Shown: positions 40,208 through 49,105 of the stretch, in pieces
How positions within the stretch are numbered: the stretch's first letter is position 1
Layout of the letters: every line of letters starts with the position of its first letter
Source of the DNA: Chitinophagaceae bacterium
GTDB lineage: Bacteria; Bacteroidota; Bacteroidia; Chitinophagales; Chitinophagaceae
Reading direction: 5' to 3'
DNA: 64,000 nt
Assembly: GCA_024508725.1 (NCBI GenBank)
Contig: JANINS010000001.1
Location: 55,837-119,836 of the forward strand
Position numbers and translations under genes: made by a program
The notes under the pieces: generated by a model
What the model saw: the letters and a program-made list of their open reading frames with translations, nothing else
What the model was told of the DNA's origin: nothing
Database searches by the model: none

Positions 40208-40762
40208 TTATTTACCTGCAGCCTTACCAGCTTTTCTTCTAACCACCTCATCAGTGTACTTAACACCTTTTCCTTTGTATGGCTCAGGCTTACGTAAGCT
40301 TCTGATCTTTGCTGCAACGGCTCCCAATAATTGCTTGTCGATTCCTTCTAAAGTGATCAAAGGGTTCTTACCTTTTTCTGTAACGGTATTTACCTTTAAT
40401 TCTTTAGGAACTTCGAAGATGATATTGTGAGAATAACCTAAAGCAAGATCTAACAGGTTACCAGTGTTTGCAGCTTTGAAACCCACACCCACTAATTCAA
40501 GATCTTTTCTATATCCTTCAGTTACTCCTTTAACCATATTTGAAACAAGAGAGCGATATAATCCATGCATTGCACGGTGACGGATCTGGTCTGTTGGACG
40601 AGTGATATTAATCTCACTTCCATTTACTTCAACCTGGATATCCCTGTCGATGTTCTCTTTCAATTCACCTTTTGGACCTTTAACAGTGATTACTCCGTCT
40701 TTAGATACGTTAACCGTAACACCACTTGGGATCACTACAGGCTGTTTACCAATTCTAGACAT
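40208..40762 (-). CDS. rplF: 50S ribosomal protein L6
   Basis: Homology. Confidence 0.95.
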   Translation of the reverse strand: MSRIGKQPVVIPSGVTVNVSKDGVITVKGPKGELKENIDRDIQVEVNGSEINITRPTDQIRHRAMHGLYRSLVSNMVKGVTEGYRKDLELVGVGFKAANTGNLLDLALGYSHNIIFEVPKELKVNTVTEKGKNPLITLEGIDKQLLGAVAAKIRSLRKPEPYKGKGVKYTDEVVRRKAGKAAGK

Positions 40763-40866
40763 GATACTATCGTTTTATTGTTGTTTGTGAAAGTTGTTGA
40801 CCGGTCAGCTTAGTATCGTTTAGGCTTAATGTATCAGCAACCCCGCTTCCTTCGAAGCAAAATTTA

Positions 40867-41265
40867 TTAATAGATGTAGCAAAGAACTTCACCACCTACG
40901 TTCTGAGCTTTCGCTTGTTTATCAGTTAATACACCTTTAGATGTACTGATGATCGCAACACCTAAACCGTTGATCACTCTTTTGAAATCAGCTGGCTTAG
41001 AGTATTGACGTAAACCCGGACGGCTTACTCTTTCCAAAGAACGGATAGCAGGTTGCTTTGTAGTAGGATCATACTTCAAAGCTATTTTGATCAAACCTTG
41101 CTTGTTATCATCTTCGAATTTATACTTAAGGATATAACCCTGATCGTATAAAATTTCAGTGATACGCTTCTTCAAATTAGAAGCAGGGATCTCTACTATT
41201 CTGTGACCAGCCATTTGTGCGTTACGTACCCTGGTCAGGAAATCTGCAATAGGATCTGTTACCAT
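40867..41265 (-). CDS. rpsH: 30S ribosomal protein S8
   Basis: Homology. Confidence 0.95.
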   Translation of the reverse strand: MVTDPIADFLTRVRNAQMAGHRIVEIPASNLKKRITEILYDQGYILKYKFEDDNKQGLIKIALKYDPTTKQPAIRSLERVSRPGLRQYSKPADFKRVINGLGVAIISTSKGVLTDKQAKAQNVGGEVLCYIY

Positions 41266-41374
41266 ATTATTTTCCTCCTACGTCCCGAATTATCGGGATA
41301 ATTGGATTTAAGTTTTTGAATTAGTGATTAGCTGTGTAAGATCGTACCTCGTACTTCTTACCCCTTACTTCAGT

Positions 41375-41644
41375 TTACCAGCTTGCTTTCTTAACACCTG
41401 GAATCTTACCATTAAGAGCCATGTCTCTGAAAGTTACCCTGCTCATACCAAAGTATCTCATGTAACCTCTAGGACGACCAGTAAGCTGACAACGATTCTT
41501 TAAACGAACCGGAGAAGCGTTCTTTGGAAGTTGATCCAAAGCTTCATAGTCACCGGCTGCTTTAAGTTCTGCTCTTTTAGCAGCATACTTAGCAACCATA
41601 GCTTCACGCTTTCTCTGTCTGGCTTTGATTGATTCTTTTGCCAT
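41375..41644 (-). CDS. rpsN: 30S ribosomal protein S14
   Basis: Homology. Confidence 0.95.
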   Translation of the reverse strand: MAKESIKARQRKREAMVAKYAAKRAELKAAGDYEALDQLPKNASPVRLKNRCQLTGRPRGYMRYFGMSRVTFRDMALNGKIPGVKKASW

Positions 41645-41650
41645 GTTGTA

Positions 41651-42223
41651 TTATTGATTGTCTTTTACAATGTTTTTGAAAGGCATACCCAATTCTTTCA
41701 ACAGTTCGTAAGCTTCTTCATTTGTACCTGCAGAAGTTACGAAAGTGATATCCATACCTGTGATCTTGTTTACTTTATCGATATCGATCTCAGGGAAAAT
41801 GATCTGCTCAGTAACACCCAAAGTGTAGTTACCACGACCATCGAAAGCTTTATCGCTAACACCTTTGAAATCACGTACACGAGGTAAAGCAACAGAGATC
41901 AACCTGTCTAAGAACTCATACATCTTCTCACCTCTCAGTGTAACTTTTGCACCGATTGGCATTCCTTTACGGAGTTTGAAGTTTGAGATATCTTTCTTAG
42001 AGAAAGTAGCTACTGCCTTTTGACCAGTGATTGTTGTAAGCTCATCAACAGCGATATCGACCAGCTTCTTGTCGTTCACAGCACCGTTCACACCACGGTT
42101 GATAGATATCTTCTCAAGCTTAGGAGCCTGCATCACGGTCTTATAACCGAACTTCTTCACCAAAGCAGGTACAACATCTTTTTTGTACTTGTCTGCAAGG
42201 CGTGGAGAATAATTTGTACTCAT
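41651..42223 (-). CDS. rplE: 50S ribosomal protein L5
   Basis: Homology. Confidence 0.95.
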   Translation of the reverse strand: MSTNYSPRLADKYKKDVVPALVKKFGYKTVMQAPKLEKISINRGVNGAVNDKKLVDIAVDELTTITGQKAVATFSKKDISNFKLRKGMPIGAKVTLRGEKMYEFLDRLISVALPRVRDFKGVSDKAFDGRGNYTLGVTEQIIFPEIDIDKVNKITGMDITFVTSAGTNEEAYELLKELGMPFKNIVKDNQ

Positions 42224-42261
42224 AGTTTATATTTTATCCCGATACTGCCGGGGTAAAGAAT

Positions 42262-42600
42262 TTATTTAACGGCTTCGCCAGATTTTTTAGCGATACGAAC
42301 CAGTTTTCCGTTCTCACGGCTACGGCTAACTTTAGAACCGCTTCCGCTTTTCGCATCCCACAACATCACGTTGCTGATGTGGATAGACGCTTCTCTTTTA
42401 ACGATACCGCCCTTCGTGTTCTGAGCAGAAGGTTTAGTATGTTTTGTAACGATGTTCACACCTTCAACAACTACACGACCGTTTTCCAGAGATACGCTCA
42501 ATACTTTACGAGGTTTCTTCAGGTCTTTGTCATCACCGGCAATCACTACTACGTTATCGCCTTTTTTGATGTTGTATTTAGGTTTAAATCTGTTGCTCAT
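42262..42600 (-). CDS. rplX: 50S ribosomal protein L24
   Basis: Homology, including a KOW motif. Confidence 0.95.
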   Translation of the reverse strand: MSNRFKPKYNIKKGDNVVVIAGDDKDLKKPRKVLSVSLENGRVVVEGVNIVTKHTKPSAQNTKGGIVKREASIHISNVMLWDAKSGSGSKVSRSRENGKLVRIAKKSGEAVK

Positions 42601-42645
42601 TTTGTATTTTTTATGAAGTCAACTGTACTTCTTTTTTCTTCTTTA

Positions 42646-42665
42646 GTTGCGTCGCACTCTTGTAC
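42646..42665. repeat. 20-bp recurring intergenic element in the L14-L24 spacer
   Basis: GTTGCGTCGCACTCTTGTAC, an exact match. Confidence 0.7.
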
Positions 42666-42684
42666 GTTCTGTTCGCTATTCAGC

Positions 42685-43053
42685 TTAAAGAACTTCCGGT
42701 GCTAATGAGATAATTTTCATGTAACCTTTATCTCTCAGTTCCCTGGCCACTGGTCCGAAAATACGGGTACCTCTTGGCTCATCGGCATTGTTCAACAACA
42801 CAACAGCGTTGTCATCAAAGCGGATGTAAGAACCATCTTTTCTACGCAGTTTGTTGGTTGTACGTACAATTACGGCTTTAGAAACAGTTCCTTTCTTAAT
42901 ACCACCTGCAGGGATGGCATCTTTAACAGTAACTACGATCTTATCTCCGATTTTAGCGTAGTCTTGCCCTGAGTTACCCAGAACCCTGATACAAAGCACC
43001 TCTTTGGCACCGCTGTTATCAGCTACACTTAGTCTGCTTTCTTGCTGGATCAT
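42685..43053 (-). CDS. rplN: 50S ribosomal protein L14
   Basis: Homology. Confidence 0.95.
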   Translation of the reverse strand: MIQQESRLSVADNSGAKEVLCIRVLGNSGQDYAKIGDKIVVTVKDAIPAGGIKKGTVSKAVIVRTTNKLRRKDGSYIRFDDNAVVLLNNADEPRGTRIFGPVARELRDKGYMKIISLAPEVL

Positions 43054-43149
43054 TTTATTTAAGCTTTGAGCTGTCGGCTTAGAGCTTTCAGCATTTAAAA
43101 CTGTTTATATTTCGCTCTGACATCCTACATCAGACATCAGACATCTGAA

Positions 43150-43413
43150 TTACTTCGCTTTTTCTACGATCTCAACCAGTCTCCAACGTTTCGTTTTAGA
43201 GAGTGGACGAGTTTCCATGATAGTTACTACATCACCAACACCGCATTCCTCTTTCTCATCATGAGCATGGAACTTGGTAGTTTTTTTGATGAACTTACCA
43301 TAGATAGGGTGTTTTACTTTTCTTTCTACAGCAACAGTGATGGTCTTAGCCATTTTGTCGCTGGTAACAACACCTGTTCTTGTTTTACGTAAATTTCTTA
43401 CTTCAGCCGTCAT
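43150..43413 (-). CDS. rpsQ: 30S ribosomal protein S17
   Basis: Homology. Confidence 0.95.
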   Translation of the reverse strand: MTAEVRNLRKTRTGVVTSDKMAKTITVAVERKVKHPIYGKFIKKTTKFHAHDEKEECGVGDVVTIMETRPLSKTKRWRLVEIVEKAK

Positions 43414-43440
43414 TGTACTTGTTTTTAGCTTCTGCTATAA

Positions 43441-43650
43441 TTAAGCTTGTAAAGCTCTTTTTTGTAATTCCGTTTTCAGACGAGCAATATCTCTTCTGAG
43501 GTTGCGGATGGTGATTGGGCTCTCCAGTGGAGAAATTGCATGAGCGAACTCAAGCTTCTTAAGCCTCAATTCATCTTCCTGGATCCTTGCTTTAAGATCC
43601 TGTTCGTTAAGGTCTTTCAGACTCTTATTAAAATCCTGACTCTTAGCCAT
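43441..43650 (-). CDS. rpmC: 50S ribosomal protein L29
   Basis: Homology. Confidence 0.9.
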   Translation of the reverse strand: MAKSQDFNKSLKDLNEQDLKARIQEDELRLKKLEFAHAISPLESPITIRNLRRDIARLKTELQKRALQA

Positions 43651-43737
43651 GTTTATTAATTTGAAATTTGAAATTTGAAATTTGAAATTTTGATTCAGTG
43701 TTTATATCAAATCTCAAATTAGAAATTAGAAATTTTG

Positions 43738-44157
43738 TTACGCTTGTAAGTCTCTTCTTACAATGAATTTTGTTTTGATCGGCAGCTTCTGAGCAGCTAA
43801 TTCCATCGCTTCTTTTGCTACTGTTTCAGGTACGCCATCACATTCGAAAATGATACGTCCTGGTTCAACTACAGCAGCCCAGAACTCAGGGTTACCTTTA
43901 CCTTTACCCATCCTTACTTCCAAAGGCTTACGGGTGATGATCTTATCAGGGAAAACCCTGATCCAAACATTACCTTCTCTTTTCATAGCCCTTGTCATAG
44001 ACTGACGAGCAGCTTCGATCTGGCGGTTTGTTAACCAAACAGGCTCAACAGCTTTAAGTGCAAAAGAACCGAAAGCGATAGAAGTACCACGCTTTGCTAC
44101 TTCACGAATACGTCCTTTTTGCTGTTTCCTGTGTTTACTTCTTTTTGGCTGTAACAT
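43738..44157 (-). CDS. rplP: 50S ribosomal protein L16
   Basis: Homology. Confidence 0.95.
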   Translation of the reverse strand: MLQPKRSKHRKQQKGRIREVAKRGTSIAFGSFALKAVEPVWLTNRQIEAARQSMTRAMKREGNVWIRVFPDKIITRKPLEVRMGKGKGNPEFWAAVVEPGRIIFECDGVPETVAKEAMELAAQKLPIKTKFIVRRDLQA

Positions 44158-44215
44158 CTTATCTTAATTTGATGATGTGTTTCTCAACACATCGCTTAAT
44201 TAGCTAATTAATAGA

Positions 44216-45004
44216 TTATCCTCTTCTTCTGTCACCACCACCTCTACGGTCGTCTCTTCTATCGCCACCACCTCTACGGTCGTCTCTTCTATCACCACCA
44301 CCTCTTCTGTCATCTCTTCTTCCTTCGTTACCACCTTCTTTACCACCAACGAAGTTTGGATTCAGTTCTCTTTTACCAAGTACTTCACCTTTACAGATCC
44401 ATACTTTCAAACCGATCTTTCCGTAAACAGTTTGTGCAAATACGTTAGCGTAATCGATATCCATTCTTAAAGTGTGCAATGGAACACGACCTTGTTTAAA
44501 TTCTTCGCTACGTGCAATCTCAGCACCACCTAAACGGCCAGATGCTTTGATCTTAATACCTTCTGCACCCATACGAAGTGTAGAAGCGATCGCCATTTTA
44601 ATAGCTCTCTTGAAAGAGATACGGTTTTCGATCTGGCGTGCAATTGTATCGCCTACGATAGTTGCATCCAGTTCAGGACGACGAATCTCCAGGATGTTGA
44701 TCTGAACGTCATCTTTACCGGTCAACTTCTTCAGTTCTTCCTTCACACGATCAACTTCACCACCACCTTTACCTATGATGATACCAGGCTTAGACGTATG
44801 GATAGTAATGATCAACTTTCCGAGGGTACGCTCGATAACGATCTTTGCGATACCGCCTTTGTTGATACGGGCATTCAGGTAAGTTCTTATCTTATGATCT
44901 TCGATAAGCTTCTTGGAATAATCCTTCTTGTTACCATACCAGTTGCTTTCCCAGCCTCTGATGATGCCTAACCTGTTACCTATAGGATTTGCTTTTTGAC
45001 CCAT
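44216..45004 (-). CDS. rpsC: 30S ribosomal protein S3 with a C-terminal ([10 protein letters not shown])x3 low-complexity extension
   Basis: KH and S3-C domains are present. The roughly 40-aa tail is encoded by three tandem ~30-nt DNA repeats at 44216..44340. Confidence 0.95.
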   Translation of the reverse strand: MGQKANPIGNRLGIIRGWESNWYGNKKDYSKKLIEDHKIRTYLNARINKGGIAKIVIERTLGKLIITIHTSKPGIIIGKGGGEVDRVKEELKKLTGKDDVQINILEIRRPELDATIVGDTIARQIENRISFKRAIKMAIASTLRMGAEGIKIKASGRLGGAEIARSEEFKQGRVPLHTLRMDIDYANVFAQTVYGKIGLKVWICKGEVLGKRELNPNFVGGKEGGNEGRRDDRRGGGDRRDDRRGGGDRRDDRRGGGDRRRG

Positions 45005-45025
45005 ATAATGGATTGATAGGTTTTA

Positions 45026-45370
45026 TTAATTATTTGAATCAACAATTATAGTTACATGGTTGCTACGCTTACGAACCCTGTATCCACGACCTTGTGGAGC
45101 TGGTCTCATACGCTTTAAAACTCTGCCACCATCTACAAATACAGTTTTAACCACGAGGTTAGAATCGGCTGCACTGGCACCGTTATTCTTTTGCTCCCAG
45201 TTGCTGATAGCACTCTTCAGCAATTTTGCCAAAGGAGTTGCATTGTGCTGTGGGTGGAACTCGAGAATAGCGATCGCTTTCTCAACCTGCATTCCACGGA
45301 TCACATCAGCCAGCAAACGCATTTTGCGTGGACCTGTGGGATAATTTCTCAATTTAGCTACTGCTTCCAT
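45026..45370 (-). CDS. rplV: 50S ribosomal protein L22
   Basis: Homology. Confidence 0.95.
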   Translation of the reverse strand: MEAVAKLRNYPTGPRKMRLLADVIRGMQVEKAIAILEFHPQHNATPLAKLLKSAISNWEQKNNGASAADSNLVVKTVFVDGGRVLKRMRPAPQGRGYRVRKRSNHVTIIVDSNN

Positions 45371-45449
45371 TTTCTTAAGTTGTATGTTTTGAGTTGTAAG
45401 TCGTAAGTCGAGCCGCAGCTTAAAACTTATTACTTATAACCTATAACTT

Positions 45450-45719
45450 TTATTGTTTAGATCCTGAATGTCCTTTGAAGTTTCTGGTTGGAGCAAACTC
45501 ACCAAGTTTGTGACCTACCATGAATTCTGTTACATAAACCGGGATGAACTTGTTGCCATTGTGAACAGCGAAAGTGTGTCCTACGAAATCAGGAGTGATA
45601 GTAGAACGACGACTCCATGTTTTGATAACAGATTTCTTATTTTTTCCTTCATTGATCGCAACAACCTTATCATTGAGGTTTGCATCTACATAAGGACCTT
45701 TCTTAATCGAACGAGCCAT
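45450..45719 (-). CDS. rpsS: 30S ribosomal protein S19
   Basis: Homology. Confidence 0.95.
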   Translation of the reverse strand: MARSIKKGPYVDANLNDKVVAINEGKNKKSVIKTWSRRSTITPDFVGHTFAVHNGNKFIPVYVTEFMVGHKLGEFAPTRNFKGHSGSKQ

Positions 45720-45775
45720 GTTGTTATTTTTCTTGTTTATTTTCCCGCTATTCAGCGAGACATTTTAACGATTGA

Positions 45776-46615
45776 TTACTTTGCTAATTTCTTTCCGTCT
45801 CTTCTCTGGATGATGAGCTTGTTGCTACCCAAAGTACGGCTACGAGTCTTCTCACCTTTAGCATACTTACCAGTACGGCTACGTGGGTGACCTCCTGAAG
45901 CTCTACCTTCACCACCACCCATCGGGTGATCAACAGGGTTCATCGCAACACCTCTGTTTCTTGGACGAATACCTTTCCACCTGTTCACACCAGCTTTACC
46001 AGCAGTTTGAAGGTTGTGATCGCTGTTTGAAACAACACCTACAGTAGCATAGCAGTTGATCAATACTTTTCTCAACTCGCCAGAAGGCATTTTCAATACA
46101 GCATATTTTTCTTCTTTGTTCGCAAGCTGAGCAGATGAACCTGCACTTCTTGCCAACTTACCACCATGACCCGGCTGCATTTCGATGTTGTGGATGTTAG
46201 TACCGAGCGGCATGTTCTTCATTTGAAGTGCATTACCAATCTCAGGCGCTACCGCATCACCAGAAATTACTTTCTGACCAACCTGAATACCTTGTGGAGC
46301 AAGGATGTATCTTTTTTCACCATCAGCATACTCTAATAAAGAGATAAATGCTGTACGGTTTGGATCATATTCAACTGAAACAACTGTAGCTTCTACTCCA
46401 GTCTTATTTCTTTTAAAGTCTACAATACGATAATGATGTTTGTTACCACCACCTCTGTATCTCATTGCACGACGACCCTGAGCATTACGACCCGCTTTTT
46501 GCTTTTGCGGCTCAAGCAAACTCTTTTCAGGAGTGTCAGACGTTAATTCTGCGTAAGCATTTCCAATTCTCCAGCGTGTGCCGGCTGTCATTGGTTTGTA
46601 CTTCTTTAATGCCAT
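45776..46615 (-). CDS. rplB: 50S ribosomal protein L2
   Basis: Homology. Confidence 0.95.
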   Translation of the reverse strand: MALKKYKPMTAGTRWRIGNAYAELTSDTPEKSLLEPQKQKAGRNAQGRRAMRYRGGGNKHHYRIVDFKRNKTGVEATVVSVEYDPNRTAFISLLEYADGEKRYILAPQGIQVGQKVISGDAVAPEIGNALQMKNMPLGTNIHNIEMQPGHGGKLARSAGSSAQLANKEEKYAVLKMPSGELRKVLINCYATVGVVSNSDHNLQTAGKAGVNRWKGIRPRNRGVAMNPVDHPMGGGEGRASGGHPRSRTGKYAKGEKTRSRTLGSNKLIIQRRDGKKLAK

Positions 46616-46662
46616 TTTCTGTTCTCGTTTTATGCGAACTTTTCAGCTTCGCTTGCTATAAA

Positions 46663-46962
46663 TTAGATGTTTGCGTAAAGATCAATTGTTTCGCCTTCAG
46701 CTACAGTTACGTAAGCTTTCTTGTAAGCAGGCTTAACACCCTGGATAAAACCAGCTTTTGTATAGCGGGTCTTATTTTTACCAGGAACAACAACAGTGTT
46801 CACATCAACTACAGATACTCCGTAGAATTCTTCCACTGCTTTTTTGATCTCTAACTTGTTAGCTCTACGATTAACACGGAAAGCATATCTTCTCAATTTC
46901 TCTTGCTGAAGGTTTGCTTTTTCGGTTAAGATCGGCTTTACTAATACTTCTGTAAGTTTCAT
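46663..46962 (-). CDS. rplW: 50S ribosomal protein L23
   Basis: Homology. Confidence 0.95.
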   Translation of the reverse strand: MKLTEVLVKPILTEKANLQQEKLRRYAFRVNRRANKLEIKKAVEEFYGVSVVDVNTVVVPGKNKTRYTKAGFIQGVKPAYKKAYVTVAEGETIDLYANI

Positions 46963-46988
46963 TTTATATCTGTTGAAACATTATTCAA

Positions 46989-47627
46989 TTAAGCGGTTGC
47001 AGTTGTTTCTTCTTCAGTGAAGATCTTAGCTGCACCTTCAGTTAATACCAGTACATCAGCATTCATGATCTCGTAAGTATTCATGTCGGCTAATAAAGTA
47101 CCGTCAGCATTTGGAATGTTGCGAAGGCTGAGGTAAAGATTGTCGTTGTATTCAGGTAGAATGAACAACGCTTTCTTAGAATCAAGGCTCAAACCTTTCA
47201 ATGCATTTGCAACGTTCTTTGTTTTAGGAGCATCGAAAGTGATATCTTCTACAACAACAATTGCATTTTCTTTCGCTTTATAAGCAAGTGCAGACATCTT
47301 AGCAAGGTCTTTTACTTTCTTATTCAGCTTGAAATCATAGCTATGAGGCTTAGGTCCGAAGATGGTACCACCACCTTTGTATAAAGGGTTACGAATGTTA
47401 CCTTTTCTTGATCCACCGGTACCTTTTTGACGGTGAAGTTTACGGCTTGCACCTTTTACTTCAGCACGGGTTTTCACTTTGTGTGTACCCTGACGACCAG
47501 CAGCCAAATATTGTTTAACAGCCAGGTAGATCACGTGATCATTCGGTTCGATACCGAAAATATCATCAGGCAATTCTACTTTTCTGCCGGTTGATTGTCC
47601 GTTTATATTTAAAACATCTACTTGCAT
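46989..47627 (-). CDS. rplD: 50S ribosomal protein L4
   Basis: Homology. Confidence 0.95.
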   Translation of the reverse strand: MQVDVLNINGQSTGRKVELPDDIFGIEPNDHVIYLAVKQYLAAGRQGTHKVKTRAEVKGASRKLHRQKGTGGSRKGNIRNPLYKGGGTIFGPKPHSYDFKLNKKVKDLAKMSALAYKAKENAIVVVEDITFDAPKTKNVANALKGLSLDSKKALFILPEYNDNLYLSLRNIPNADGTLLADMNTYEIMNADVLVLTEGAAKIFTEEETTATA

Positions 47628-47650
47628 CTTCTTTCAGATTAATTAGGTGA

Positions 47651-48268
47651 TTACTTCTGGATTAATACGATTGAGCCGTTATGACCTGGAACTGATCCGC
47701 TAACGAGGATGTAGTTTTTCTCTGGGAAGATCTTAACTACTTTCAATCCCTTCATCTTAACTCTGTCATTACCCATTTGACCAGCCATTCTCATTCCTTT
47801 GAATACTCTTGAAGGATATGATGAACCACCGATAGATCCTGGTGCTCTTTGCCTGTCGTGCTGACCGTGTGAACCTTCACCCACACCGCTAAAGCCATGA
47901 CGTTTAACAACACCCTGGAAACCTTTACCCTTGGTTGTACCAACTACTTCTACTTTGTCACCTTCTTCGAAGATGTCAACAGTAATTGTTTCACCAAGTG
48001 CTTTTTCTATTGAATAATCACGGAATTCTTTTACGAACTTTTTTGCAGCTGTGTTAGCTTTAGAGAAGTGATTGAGTTCGGCTTTTGTAGCATGTTTTTC
48101 TTTTTTGTCGCCGAAAGCTAACTGAAGAGCAGCGTAACCATCAGTGTCATTTGTTTTAACCTGGGTTACTACACATGGGCCAGCTTCGATGATGGTGCAA
48201 GCAGTTTGCTTACCATCTGCAGCGAAGATGCTGGTCATCCCAATTTTTTTACCAATAATACCTTTCAT
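47651..48268 (-). CDS. rplC: 50S ribosomal protein L3
   Basis: Homology. Confidence 0.95.
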   Translation of the reverse strand: MKGIIGKKIGMTSIFAADGKQTACTIIEAGPCVVTQVKTNDTDGYAALQLAFGDKKEKHATKAELNHFSKANTAAKKFVKEFRDYSIEKALGETITVDIFEEGDKVEVVGTTKGKGFQGVVKRHGFSGVGEGSHGQHDRQRAPGSIGGSSYPSRVFKGMRMAGQMGNDRVKMKGLKVVKIFPEKNYILVSGSVPGHNGSIVLIQK

Positions 48269-48579
48269 CGTTTTTGCGGTTTATGCCCCGCAAGGTTAAG
48301 AGGACAATCCCGATGATGTTCGGAATTTCAATCCTTGTTAACTACCGACCTTTTCCTGAGTTTCTGCATACTGGCAGAGGGGAAGTACCGGAAGTAAACA
48401 AACCTCGAAGGGCCTGTTTATATGTTAGCCTTCTGAGTTGCTCCTGAAGAGTACCCGGAAGATTATTTATTTTATCAGAGCTCTTTTTTCGCATACGGTT
48501 TTTGCCGTAAGGATTGAGAGATGACTATTTTAAGAACTATTTCTTTTGTTTCCACCGACATAAATGTCGGGGCAACTAA

Positions 48580-48885
48580 TTACGCTTTGATCTCTACCTC
48601 AACACCTGAAGGAAGATCTAACTTTGATAACGCATCTACAGTTCTTGATGATGAAGTGTAGATATCCAGTAAACGCTTGTGTGTAGCTAACTGGAACTGC
48701 TCACGGCTTTTCTTGTTAACGTGTGGTGAACGCAGAACAGTGAATATTCTTTTGTGTGTTGGCAAAGGAATAGGACCTGTAACTACTGCACCTGTGCTGC
48801 GAACAGTTTTTACGATTTTCTCAGCAGATTTATCTACCAGGTTGTGATCGTAAGACTGTAATTTGATTCTGATTCTTTGAGACAT
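48580..48885 (-). CDS. rpsJ: 30S ribosomal protein S10
   Basis: The start is placed at MSQRIRIKL for a canonical 102-aa S10. The longer ORF reaching 48945 would overlap the predicted promoter. Confidence 0.9.
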   Translation of the reverse strand: MSQRIRIKLQSYDHNLVDKSAEKIVKTVRSTGAVVTGPIPLPTHKRIFTVLRSPHVNKKSREQFQLATHKRLLDIYTSSSRTVDALSKLDLPSGVEVEIKA

Positions 48886-48914
48886 ATCCAAAACCCAATT
48901 TTCGGTTGGGGTTG

Positions 48915-48947
48915 CAAAGGTAAGGGTGTGAACCTTAACACGCAAAC
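48915..48947 (-). promoter_or_regulatory. Bacteroidota-type sigma-A promoter of rpsJ (-33 TTTG, 20 nt spacer, -7 TAccTTTG)
   Basis: The minus strand reads atgTTTGcgtgttaaggttcacaccctTAccTTTGcaacc, about 30 nt before the ATG. Confidence 0.55.
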
Positions 48948-49049
48948 ATTAGAGAAAGAAATTTTGCCAAAGAAGATAAAAATCAGGTTAAACTCTTCTT
49001 AAGAGATGCAATATAAGGGTTAATCCTGATTGCTGCAGTGATTGCTTGA

Positions 49050-49069
49050 GTACAAGGGTGCGACGCAAC
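49050..49069. repeat. 20-bp recurring element, inverted orientation, one mismatch (GTACAAGGGTGCGACGCAAC)
   Basis: 19 of 20 positions match the reverse complement of the consensus. Confidence 0.6.
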
Positions 49070-49105
49070 GGAAGCAAAACCGTGGTGATAAAGCTGAAAT
49101 CAAAA

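Noticed and set aside
43661-43730. (AATTTGA)4 and (AATTAGA)2 tandem repeats, considered as a possible CRISPR or minisatellite
   Set aside because: The unit is only 7 bp, there are no spacers and no cas genes. It is a microsatellite, not a CRISPR array.
48269-48579. 28- and 50-codon minus-strand ORFs within the rpsJ-rplC spacer
   Set aside because: They have no similarity to known ribosomal or leader peptides, and one start codon lies inside a hairpin. They are noted only as part of the spacer finding.
48886-48945. The longer S10 ORF starting at 48945, which adds 20 N-terminal residues
   Set aside because: The canonical S10 starts at MSQRIRIKL. The extra region coincides with the predicted -7 and -33 promoter boxes.
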